Assembly: GCA_001512745.1 (NCBI GenBank)
Contig: LFSM01000075.1
Location: forward strand, 80,637-144,636
DNA: 64,000 nt
From: Clostridiales bacterium DTU032
GTDB taxonomy: Bacteria; Bacillota; Clostridia; Saccharofermentanales; DTU023
Direction: 5' to 3'
Shown here: in pieces, positions 57,031 to 64,000 of the stretch
How positions within the stretch are numbered: position 1 is the stretch's first letter
Layout of the letters: the number at the start of each line of letters is the position of its first letter
Made by a program: the position numbers and the translations under genes
The notes under the pieces: model-generated
Database searches by the model: none
The model's input: only the letters and a program-made list of their open reading frames with translations
Told to the model about the DNA's origin: nothing

Positions 57031-57270
57031 ATGAAATATATAGCAACTTTTTACACACATTTTGGAGCTTTCAGCTTTAACAGGCGCTTAGAAAAGCTTG
57101 GCGATGAATCCGTCAAGTTAATTGCTGCTCCGAGAAAAATTAGCGTTTCCTGCGGGACAGCAGTCAGTTTTTCTCTGGAATTTAATCCCGAGACCATGGC
57201 AGACGAAGATACCGAGGCGATTTATCTTGTTGAAGATGATATTTTCACTTTAATTTATCACAACGAGTAG
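57031..57270 (+). CDS. DUF3343-like small protein (putative Se/S carrier)
   Basis: 79 aa from ATG 57031, starting MKYIATFYTHFGAFSFNRRLEKLG...PRKISVSCGTAV. The size and the single conserved Cys context resemble DUF3343. The assignment is from memory of the family and has not been searched. Confidence 0.6.
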   Translation: MKYIATFYTHFGAFSFNRRLEKLGDESVKLIAAPRKISVSCGTAVSFSLEFNPETMADEDTEAIYLVEDDIFTLIYHNE

Positions 57271-57406
57271 TCTAGCCAGCATTCTTCTCAAGCCCGGCTT
57301 CTTTCGGTTTTTTCTTATTATTCGCGATTTCAGCGGAATATCAGTAAGTATTTGATACAATGTAAACAAGAAATTTTCAGCCATGCTTAACTACAGAGGA
57401 GTTTAT

Positions 57407-58801
57407 ATGACGATAATTAATACCCCACGTGACTTACCTCAGCTGGACGAGTTCATTGAATTAGAAGAATTACGGGACATAAAACTCCGTTACGGACGCA
57501 CTCCCCTGGTCGAGGCTTGCCGCGTCTGCATTGACGACCTCCGTCAAAGACTCTTGAAGGGGTCTGCTCCTGAGACCCTTGACTCTTTAGTGTCAGCAGT
57601 CAGGGCCCATGTTGTAAAAACACAAAGCCCAAAACTTAAGCGGGTTTTAAATGCCACCGGTACTATTCTGCACACGAATCTGGGACGAGCCCCTCTGGCC
57701 AAAGCTGCAGTTGATGCCGTCTGTGAAATTGCCTCCTCATACAGCAATCTCGAATATAATCTTGATCTGGGTAAACGTGGCTACCGCACCAGCAACATCG
57801 AAGAAAGGATGCAGGAGATCTTCGGCGTGGAAGCCGCTGTGGTAGTTAATAATAACGCGGCAGCCGTTATGCTTACCTTGGCTGCTCTGGCACGTGGTAA
57901 AGAAGTTATCGTATCCCGCGGTGAGCTGGTAGAAATAGGCGGTTCTTTCCGCGTCCCGGAAATAATGAGTGAAAGCGGGGCCAGGCTTGTAGAAGTCGGC
58001 ACAACCAATAAAACCCATCTTCATGATTATCGCAAGGCAATTAATGAAGACAGCGGCGCCCTGCTCAAAATACACCGCAGCAATTTTCTAATGCAAGGCT
58101 TTACCTCAGAAGTATCTATCGGCGATTTGCGTCCTTTGGCTGATGAATCAGGACTGCCGCTCATTTACGATTTAGGCAGCGGGTCTTTCTCTGACAGCCT
58201 GGCCGGCGTATTGCCGGAAGAGCCCACAATCAAGGAAGCTATTGACGCCGGGGCTGACCTTATTCTTTTCTCCGGTGATAAACTTTTCGGCGGTCCTCAG
58301 GCAGGCTTCATTCTGGGCCGTGCAGATCTGATCGCCCAAATAAAGCACCACCCCCTGCTGCGCCCCCTGCGCATCGATAAGATGACCCTTGCTGCTTTGG
58401 AAGCCACCCTCCTGCTCTACTCTGACCCTGACAAGGCCAGAGAAAACATTCCCCTTCTGCAGATGACGCTGATGGATTCTGATCAGTTGAAAGAGCGCAG
58501 TCTGCATCTGCTGGAGACCCTTCAGGCCCACGGAATCAAGGCTGTGCTTGAAGATAGTGATGCTGTCCTGGGAGGGGGATCTTCACCGGGTGTCAAACTT
58601 GACTCCTGCAATATCGTCGTGACACCGGCCATCGGCCAGTCAGCACAAGCACTTGATGTCAGCCTTCATCAGGCGGACCCCCCGGTTATTTCCAGAATAG
58701 TACGTGATCGCCTGCACTTTGATCTGCGCACTATAAAAGCCGAAGAAGATAGTGAATTGAGCGCTATTCTCATTTCAGTATTGGAAAAGGATCAGCTATG
58801 A
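57407..58801 (+). CDS. selA: L-seryl-tRNA(Sec) selenium transferase
   Basis: RBS AGAGGAG precedes ATG 57407. SelA motifs are present (NATGTILHTNLGRAP; PLP-Lys region FSGDKLFGGPQAG). Its stop overlaps the selB start (ATGA). Confidence 0.93.
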   Translation: MTIINTPRDLPQLDEFIELEELRDIKLRYGRTPLVEACRVCIDDLRQRLLKGSAPETLDSLVSAVRAHVVKTQSPKLKRVLNATGTILHTNLGRAPLAKAAVDAVCEIASSYSNLEYNLDLGKRGYRTSNIEERMQEIFGVEAAVVVNNNAAAVMLTLAALARGKEVIVSRGELVEIGGSFRVPEIMSESGARLVEVGTTNKTHLHDYRKAINEDSGALLKIHRSNFLMQGFTSEVSIGDLRPLADESGLPLIYDLGSGSFSDSLAGVLPEEPTIKEAIDAGADLILFSGDKLFGGPQAGFILGRADLIAQIKHHPLLRPLRIDKMTLAALEATLLLYSDPDKARENIPLLQMTLMDSDQLKERSLHLLETLQAHGIKAVLEDSDAVLGGGSSPGVKLDSCNIVVTPAIGQSAQALDVSLHQADPPVISRIVRDRLHFDLRTIKAEEDSELSAILISVLEKDQL

Positions 58802-60696
58802 GCAGTAACGTAATCATTGGTACAGCCGGTCACGTAGATCACGGCAAAAGTTCATTAATTAATGCTCTGACACATATCGAAACTGACCGGCTGAGCGAAG
58901 AAAAAGCACGCGGCATAACCATCGAGCTGGGTTTTGCCTATCTAGATCTGCCTGACGGCAGACGTGCCGGTATCATCGATGTCCCCGGACACGAACGCTT
59001 TGTCAGCAATATGCTGGCAGGCGCCGGCGGCATCGATATTGCCCTCCTGGTTGTAGCAGCAGATGAAGGTGTCATGCCACAAACCTTGGAACATCTGGGA
59101 ATTTTACAGCTTTTAGGTATTAAGCAGGGCGTGATTGCTCTGACGAAGATAGACCTGGTTGATGAAGAATGGCTGGAGCTGGCAGAAGAAGATTTACGTG
59201 AGCATATTGCCGGCAGCTTTCTAGAAGATGCTCCGTTTTTCCGTGTCTCTTCCAATACCGGCAGAGGGATAAAAGAGCTGCGGGAGGCCCTAATTGAAGC
59301 AGTCAATGATGCCGATGACAAGAAGCTTTCCGTAGCTTTCCGGCTGCCGATAGACCGCGTATTCACTCTGAGCGGCATAGGCACCGTAGTCACAGGAACT
59401 CTAATCGAAGGAAAACTTTCCACCGGCGATGATGTTGAACTTTACCCTCAGGAAGAAACAGTGCGTATTCGTTCTGTCCAGGTCCACGACGAAGCTGTCG
59501 ACGCTGCGGAAGCCGGTCAAAGAGTTGCGCTTAACCTCTCCGGCACAAAAAAAGATCAAGTAGAGCGCGGAGATATCCTGGCTGAGACCGGGTCGCTCTA
59601 CCCTACTTATATGCTGGACGTCGACCTGAGATCTTTAAGGCACAGCCGCTTCCAGATCGAAAATGGCATGCGTGTGCACTTATATCACGCTTCCAGAGAA
59701 TTACTGGCCCGGGTGATCTTGCTTGACCGGGATTTATTGGAAAAGGGCGACAGCGCTCCAGCTCAGTTGCGCCTGGAAGAGCAAACATATATTAAACAGG
59801 GTGATCATTTTGTCGTCCGCTTTTATTCTCCTGTAGAAACTATAGGCGGCGGTATCGTCCTTGATCCGATTGCAAACAAAAGGAAGCGCTATGAAGACCT
59901 GGATGACTTCGAAATCTTGCTAAGCAGCGATGCTGCGGCGAGACTGGATCTGGCACTGAAAAGCAGTGGCCTGCGCTTTAAAGCTCTGGACGAAATTTAC
60001 TACCGTGCCGGACTTAATTCAGCTGATGGCAGGAAGTATCTGCAGGAATTAATTGAAAAGGGACGTGCCTTACAGTTGAACGATCAAACAGCACTGCATA
60101 TTTCCGCTATGGAAGTTCTGGCAGCTAAATGTGATGAAATCCTGCAAAAATTCCACCAGGACTTGCCGCTGGAACAGGGCATGAAGCGCGAATCACTTCG
60201 CACCCGTCTCCTGGCAAGGATTCCCATCCAGCTTTCCGACCGTGTTATCGATGAATTGGTAAAACTGGGATATATCGAAGACAGAGCCGGCGATATTGCC
60301 TTAAGAAGTCATTCCGCCAATTTGTCCCCTCACGACCAGGAGCTGATCGATGAACTCAGCGCACGTTTTGAAGCTGAAGCCTTCTCTCCCAGCGCAACAG
60401 ATGAACTGATAGCTGAATACAGCAAAAAGGATAAGCTTGATCAAATTCTCTCCCGGATGGTAAATGACGGCATTCTTATTCGCCTGACAGATCAGATCCT
60501 GATGCACCACGAAACCGTAGAAAAAGCTCTTGAACAGGTGAAAAAAGATATCGGCGAGCGCGGATCTGTCACACTCGCCGACTTTCGCGATGAAATCGGA
60601 ACTAGCCGAAAGTTTGCCATTGCAATTCTGGAATACTTTGACCGCATAAAACTTACTAAGCTTAGCGGCGATGCCAGGGTTTTACTTGGCAACTAG
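58798..60696 (+). CDS. selB: Selenocysteine-specific elongation factor SelB
   Basis: 632 aa with the GTPase motifs [18 protein letters not shown] and DVPGHERF, plus a long winged-helix C-terminal half. Confidence 0.94.
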   Translation: MSSNVIIGTAGHVDHGKSSLINALTHIETDRLSEEKARGITIELGFAYLDLPDGRRAGIIDVPGHERFVSNMLAGAGGIDIALLVVAADEGVMPQTLEHLGILQLLGIKQGVIALTKIDLVDEEWLELAEEDLREHIAGSFLEDAPFFRVSSNTGRGIKELREALIEAVNDADDKKLSVAFRLPIDRVFTLSGIGTVVTGTLIEGKLSTGDDVELYPQEETVRIRSVQVHDEAVDAAEAGQRVALNLSGTKKDQVERGDILAETGSLYPTYMLDVDLRSLRHSRFQIENGMRVHLYHASRELLARVILLDRDLLEKGDSAPAQLRLEEQTYIKQGDHFVVRFYSPVETIGGGIVLDPIANKRKRYEDLDDFEILLSSDAAARLDLALKSSGLRFKALDEIYYRAGLNSADGRKYLQELIEKGRALQLNDQTALHISAMEVLAAKCDEILQKFHQDLPLEQGMKRESLRTRLLARIPIQLSDRVIDELVKLGYIEDRAGDIALRSHSANLSPHDQELIDELSARFEAEAFSPSATDELIAEYSKKDKLDQILSRMVNDGILIRLTDQILMHHETVEKALEQVKKDIGERGSVTLADFRDEIGTSRKFAIAILEYFDRIKLTKLSGDARVLLGN

Positions 60697-61584
60697 GTTT
60701 TTTACAGTATATTTTTTAACCAGCCATACAGGATTGTAAGAGAGCTTCGACTTGCGCAAGCCCAGATCTCCAGCATCATCTTCCCTGTTGACGTAGGTTA
60801 CGTTTTCATTGGTGAATTCTCGCACAAAACTGGTCATTAAATGCTGGTAAGCGCCACGATAGTTAGTGTTTGCCTTCTCAACATGTACGTAAAGTGTATC
60901 ACCATCATATTCTCCTAAAGAGAATCCGGCTATCACCTCATCTTCAGCGTACAGAGCGGCACCAAAAGCACGATAAAGTTCCATGTTGTCCATGACTTCG
61001 TGGATTTTGTCTGCCTCTTCCAGAGTAGTATCATCCGCTTCGGTATCATTCTCGACAAAGCGATCCAAAAAGACATGTAAATCCGGAGTTATCTCTTCAT
61101 CAATGATACGAAAACTATTATGGGGAAAAAGCCTCTTGAAACGACTGATATTGTTTCTGGTAGAGCGGTGTGCTTTTCCCTTGAGCTCCAAAAGTTCTTT
61201 TGCTTCATAGAGATAATCAAAGTAATCTCTCTCTTCACAAATGTCCATCCCGGCATAATGGCTTTGCAAGACAGGCAAATCCGCTTCGCCTGCGATGGCA
61301 TACTGCAATTTCCCCTTGTGCTGGCAGGAAGCACAGAATTCGTCAATCAGCCGCATGCCCTCTATCTGATCACCGCCCAGCGGTACTGTAAATGCACATT
61401 CATCATCAAATATGCGCATACGAAAAATAAGATTTCCCGCAGCAAAGGCATACTCATACTTAAAGGCATCCCTCCAGATGTAGGTACCGCCAATGGTCCA
61501 ATCGCAGAGTCTCTGAGGATGCAAGGCCAGATATGGGGCTATTACCGGAATAGTATCGAGTGTTAGTTTTTTAAATTCAAGCAT
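60682..61584 (-). CDS. DUF2156-like protein (GNAT-fold, resembles the C-terminal domain of lysyl-phosphatidylglycerol synthases)
   Basis: 300 aa containing WTIGGTYIWRDAF...KAHRSTRNNISRF...YVNREDDAGDLGLRKSKLSY. The family assignment is from memory. It converges on selB with a 15-nt overlap. Confidence 0.6.
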   Translation of the reverse strand: MLEFKKLTLDTIPVIAPYLALHPQRLCDWTIGGTYIWRDAFKYEYAFAAGNLIFRMRIFDDECAFTVPLGGDQIEGMRLIDEFCASCQHKGKLQYAIAGEADLPVLQSHYAGMDICEERDYFDYLYEAKELLELKGKAHRSTRNNISRFKRLFPHNSFRIIDEEITPDLHVFLDRFVENDTEADDTTLEEADKIHEVMDNMELYRAFGAALYAEDEVIAGFSLGEYDGDTLYVHVEKANTNYRGAYQHLMTSFVREFTNENVTYVNREDDAGDLGLRKSKLSYNPVWLVKKYTVKNLVAK

Positions 61585-61599
61585 AATAAACGCAAAGAT

Positions 61600-61631
61600 G
61601 GCGAAGTCTCTTTTCAGAAAAAGACTTCGCC
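61600..61631 (-). terminator. Intrinsic terminator after grdD
   Basis: GGCGAAGUCU-12 nt loop-AGACUUCGCC, lying 17 nt after the grdD stop, with U-containing flanks on both strands. Confidence 0.65.
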
Positions 61632-61647
61632 TCCAATAGTGAAAACA

Positions 61648-62805
61648 CTAATCTTCGCTTACATACCCCGCCTTCCGCAGGATCTCAAGCGCTTTTTCAG
61701 AATTAGCTTCCGAAACCATTACAACCGGTCCGGTACAACCCATTCCGCTTTTGGCGTAAATTTTTTCACGCCAGAGGACATTGACAGCATCATCCAGATC
61801 CAGAACTTCAATGCCACTGATCTCAAAGGTAACAACTTCAGCCGGCGGAGCTGCTACTTCTTCATCAGCCTCCTGTTTGGCTGATTTGGACCGGCGTTCT
61901 TCAAGGATTTCGTTCAGGCCGGCTTTTCTGGCCAGCTCCATTTCCCTCTTATAAACGTTGACCAGATCACCTTTAGCCATAGCTGCAGCATAACGGATTG
62001 CTCCGGCGATCAAGCTGGAACCGGATGCGCGAGAAATAATCAGCACGATTCCATTCATAGCTTCGCCAACACCAGGACCATAGCCTTCACCCACAGTCTC
62101 ATAGCTTCCGCCTGAAGAATGTGCAGACAACATTTTTACCAGAACATTGCCGGTAAGTGAATCTGTTACCAGCACGTCTTGCGAACCGAGCAAAACATCG
62201 TTGCCCCGCATGACGGCACCGCCATCAGCACGTTTGGAACGTGCAGCTGCTATAGGATAGCCATTCTCACTGAGTTTTTTCAGTACCATCTCGGTCTGAC
62301 GGGCACCATCCAGATTAAGGATACCTACTCCCGGATTTTCAATGCCATAGGCCTTGGCGGTCGCAATACCTGCGATTGCGCCTTTTACCATCGCTTCAAC
62401 GCGGTCAGTAGCAGCAGTTCCTGTAGTTGTTGCCAGAAAGTAGCTCTGGCCTGTAGCAGGAGCTACAACCCGGCCGATTGTTGCCACTCCGATCGGGAAA
62501 GGATAGTGCATGGCAACTGCAGCATCCGCTTTGCCTTCATTAAGTAATTTTTCCATTTCCTTGAGGCAGTCATCAGCACAGTCTGCATAGACAGTTTCAA
62601 TACCTTCAGCCTCGAGAGTTCCGATATAGATGACTTCGATACCATCACGGGCGGCTTCTAAACAGGCTGCCAGAACATTGTTCTCACCATGTTCTGAGCC
62701 AACACCGGGCACTGCGATTCTCACACTTTTAGCAAAAGAACCGCTTTCAATACCCTGTGCTATTTCCTCAAAGACACTGGCAATTTCTCTTTTAATATCT
62801 GTCAT
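61648..62805 (-). CDS. grdD: Glycine/sarcosine/betaine reductase complex component C, alpha subunit
   Basis: MTDIKREIASVFEEIAQG start at ATG 62805, 5 nt after the grdC stop. It has a PlsX-like fold pattern and GMGCTGP near the C-terminus. The ORF-track start at 62859 overlaps grdC. Confidence 0.88.
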   Translation of the reverse strand: MTDIKREIASVFEEIAQGIESGSFAKSVRIAVPGVGSEHGENNVLAACLEAARDGIEVIYIGTLEAEGIETVYADCADDCLKEMEKLLNEGKADAAVAMHYPFPIGVATIGRVVAPATGQSYFLATTTGTAATDRVEAMVKGAIAGIATAKAYGIENPGVGILNLDGARQTEMVLKKLSENGYPIAAARSKRADGGAVMRGNDVLLGSQDVLVTDSLTGNVLVKMLSAHSSGGSYETVGEGYGPGVGEAMNGIVLIISRASGSSLIAGAIRYAAAMAKGDLVNVYKREMELARKAGLNEILEERRSKSAKQEADEEVAAPPAEVVTFEISGIEVLDLDDAVNVLWREKIYAKSGMGCTGPVVMVSEANSEKALEILRKAGYVSED

Positions 62806-62809
62806 AGGA

Positions 62810-64000
62810 TTACCTGCTTTCCAGCAGACTGGAAGCGAAGTCACGCAAAGATTCAGCAATCAGGCTGCGGATCTCGTCACGTGATACAGCTGCTTCCTCT
62901 TCAGCACCTTGGTTAGCCTGAACGACGAAAGAAATACCGTCGAAGAGATTGGTTAAACGTCCCAGAAAGAGTGAGCCTTTACCAATGATCATGACCTTGT
63001 TCATCTTGCCGCTAAGAATTCTCTGCCTGGCATGACCGAGATAGGGTACACCTGAAGGAATGTGACCCTGTGTCGGTGCAAATCCGACAACACCATGCTT
63101 AGCAACAAAGTCATTCATCTCTTTGCGATCCAGATCTCCACGCTTAACTGCCAGTGCACCGATCATCTTCATGTTTGACTGCGGTACATCGCCGGCACCT
63201 GCCGGCTTGGTGATGTCTGGATTCTGCATTTCCGGTGAAAACTTGTCGATATCACTGACTTTCATTCCTGCTCTATCAAGTGGATCAACAACCAGAGAAC
63301 CGATTACGTTCTGGGGCGAGCTGCCGGTACCAACTGTGTGGGTGCCCTGAATATCGAGATTGATTTCAGGATTTACACCATCATTAGCTGAGAGTATAGT
63401 AGCGAAGCCACCTAAAACATCTTCCAGGATCGGGAGATTTTTTTTGACGTGGTCTTTGCCGTTCATTCCCAGTTTAGCTGTACTGCCTCCGGCAGTAACG
63501 GCAACACATTTAAATGTGCCGGCTTTAACCAGTGAAGCTGCCATGGTCAGTGCATGAGAAGGTGCGGCACAGAAACCACGTGTGTCAGAACCGGTAGCAT
63601 TAACCAGTCCGGCAATTTCCGCAGCTGCTTTGGCGAAGTTGCCGCCACCGCGCTGGTTCATATCACCACAGGCCTCTTCAGAACAGTCGATTACATATTC
63701 TACTTCACCCGGATCCATGCCGGCATCTTTAAGTGCATAGAGTAAAGACAAGACACTGGAAGCTTTGGAGACAATGTTCTCCAGCATGACATGAGCTGAG
63801 AGGTTTTCATCGATGGCATGGGCATTTTTGACACAGCCAACCAGCTTACCCTTCGAGTATAGTGGCTCGGCTTTTTCACTGATTAATTTTTCAATCTGCC
63901 CGATTTCGATGCCTTCTTCAATACGGTCAAGGATCAATTCCGTAATAATTTCATCTTTGGCCAGTTCCGGCTTCATCTTTGCCACAAAGCCTTTTTCAAG
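62810..64000 (-). CDS. grdC: Glycine/sarcosine/betaine reductase complex component C, beta subunit (N-terminus outside the window)
   Basis: Thiolase/KAS-like sequence (DCSEEACGDMNQRGGGNFAKA, GFCAAPSHAL). The reading frame stays open upstream of the listed Met to the window edge (…LEKGFVAKMKPEL). Confidence 0.88.
   Translation of the reverse strand, partial: LEKGFVAKMKPELAKDEIITELILDRIEEGIEIGQIEKLISEKAEPLYSKGKLVGCVKNAHAIDENLSAHVMLENIVSKASSVLSLLYALKDAGMDPGEVEYVIDCSEEACGDMNQRGGGNFAKAAAEIAGLVNATGSDTRGFCAAPSHALTMAASLVKAGTFKCVAVTAGGSTAKLGMNGKDHVKKNLPILEDVLGGFATILSANDGVNPEINLDIQGTHTVGTGSSPQNVIGSLVVDPLDRAGMKVSDIDKFSPEMQNPDITKPAGAGDVPQSNMKMIGALAVKRGDLDRKEMNDFVAKHGVVGFAPTQGHIPSGVPYLGHARQRILSGKMNKVMIIGKGSLFLGRLTNLFDGISFVVQANQGAEEEAAVSRDEIRSLIAESLRDFASSLLESR

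Noticed and set aside
1-64000. CRISPR arrays, transposases/IS elements, integrases, prophage genes, rRNA genes and tRNA-Sec.
   Set aside because: I looked through all intergenic stretches longer than 100 nt and through the ORF translations. No spaced direct repeats, no DDE/tyrosine/serine recombinase motifs, no rRNA-like sequence and no tRNA-Sec-like sequence with a TCA anticodon loop were seen. This visual scan cannot exclude short or degenerate elements.

Overview
The window is a chromosomal segment from a Bacillota (Clostridia-like, anaerobic) genome. That assignment rests on gene content and synteny only. Most of it is housekeeping. I found no rRNA, CRISPR array, transposase, integrase or phage genes by eye.

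Layout:
- 1-8261 (- strand): S10/spc ribosomal-protein operon, rpsJ through rplR. It has a strong sigma-A-type promoter and a roughly 265-nt leader at 8262-8561.
- 8.6-28.9 kb: a divergent ABC-F ATPase, a cyclic amidohydrolase, a cell-envelope cluster (PucR-type regulator, ftsE, ftsX, M23 peptidase, S41 protease), fhs, a Crp/Fnr regulator, rpiB, copZ plus a P1B-ATPase, and a fused amino-acid ABC transporter with an esterase.
- 29.1-31.9 kb: a feoA-feoA-feoB locus.
- 32-33.4 kb: a small XRE/membrane-protein islet next to tRNA-Leu.
- 33.4-51.2 kb: lepA, lepB, aspS, hisS, a DtxR-family regulator, tRNA-Val, OsmC, HtrA, orphan membrane proteins, whiA, rapZ, murB, hprK, a vWA protein and pyk.
- 51.3-64 kb: a LysR regulator, a lipid kinase, a selenium island (Sec-containing selD, a NifS-like lyase, yedE, yedF, DUF3343, selA, selB), a DUF2156 protein, and the 3' end of the glycine reductase operon (grdC, grdD).

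Observations most worth follow-up:
1. The compact selenium uptake/relay/activation island, with an in-frame UGA plus hairpin in selD and no selC in the window.
2. A feoB carrying UGA at the invariant G-domain Trp codon and an in-frame loss of the core membrane region. A repeated AGTTAG-N6-CTAACT palindrome sits upstream of feoA and again upstream of feoB, and a terminator sits between feoA and feoB.
3. Lineage-specific extensions on conserved proteins: an acidic tail on uL16, an N-terminal extension on uL22, and a C-terminal tail on FtsE.
4. Loss of yvcK from the otherwise conserved rapZ-yvcK-whiA unit.

I did not recognise a clear new multi-gene defence-type or mobile system. All calls come from reading the sequence and the ORF track. 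No database search was run.
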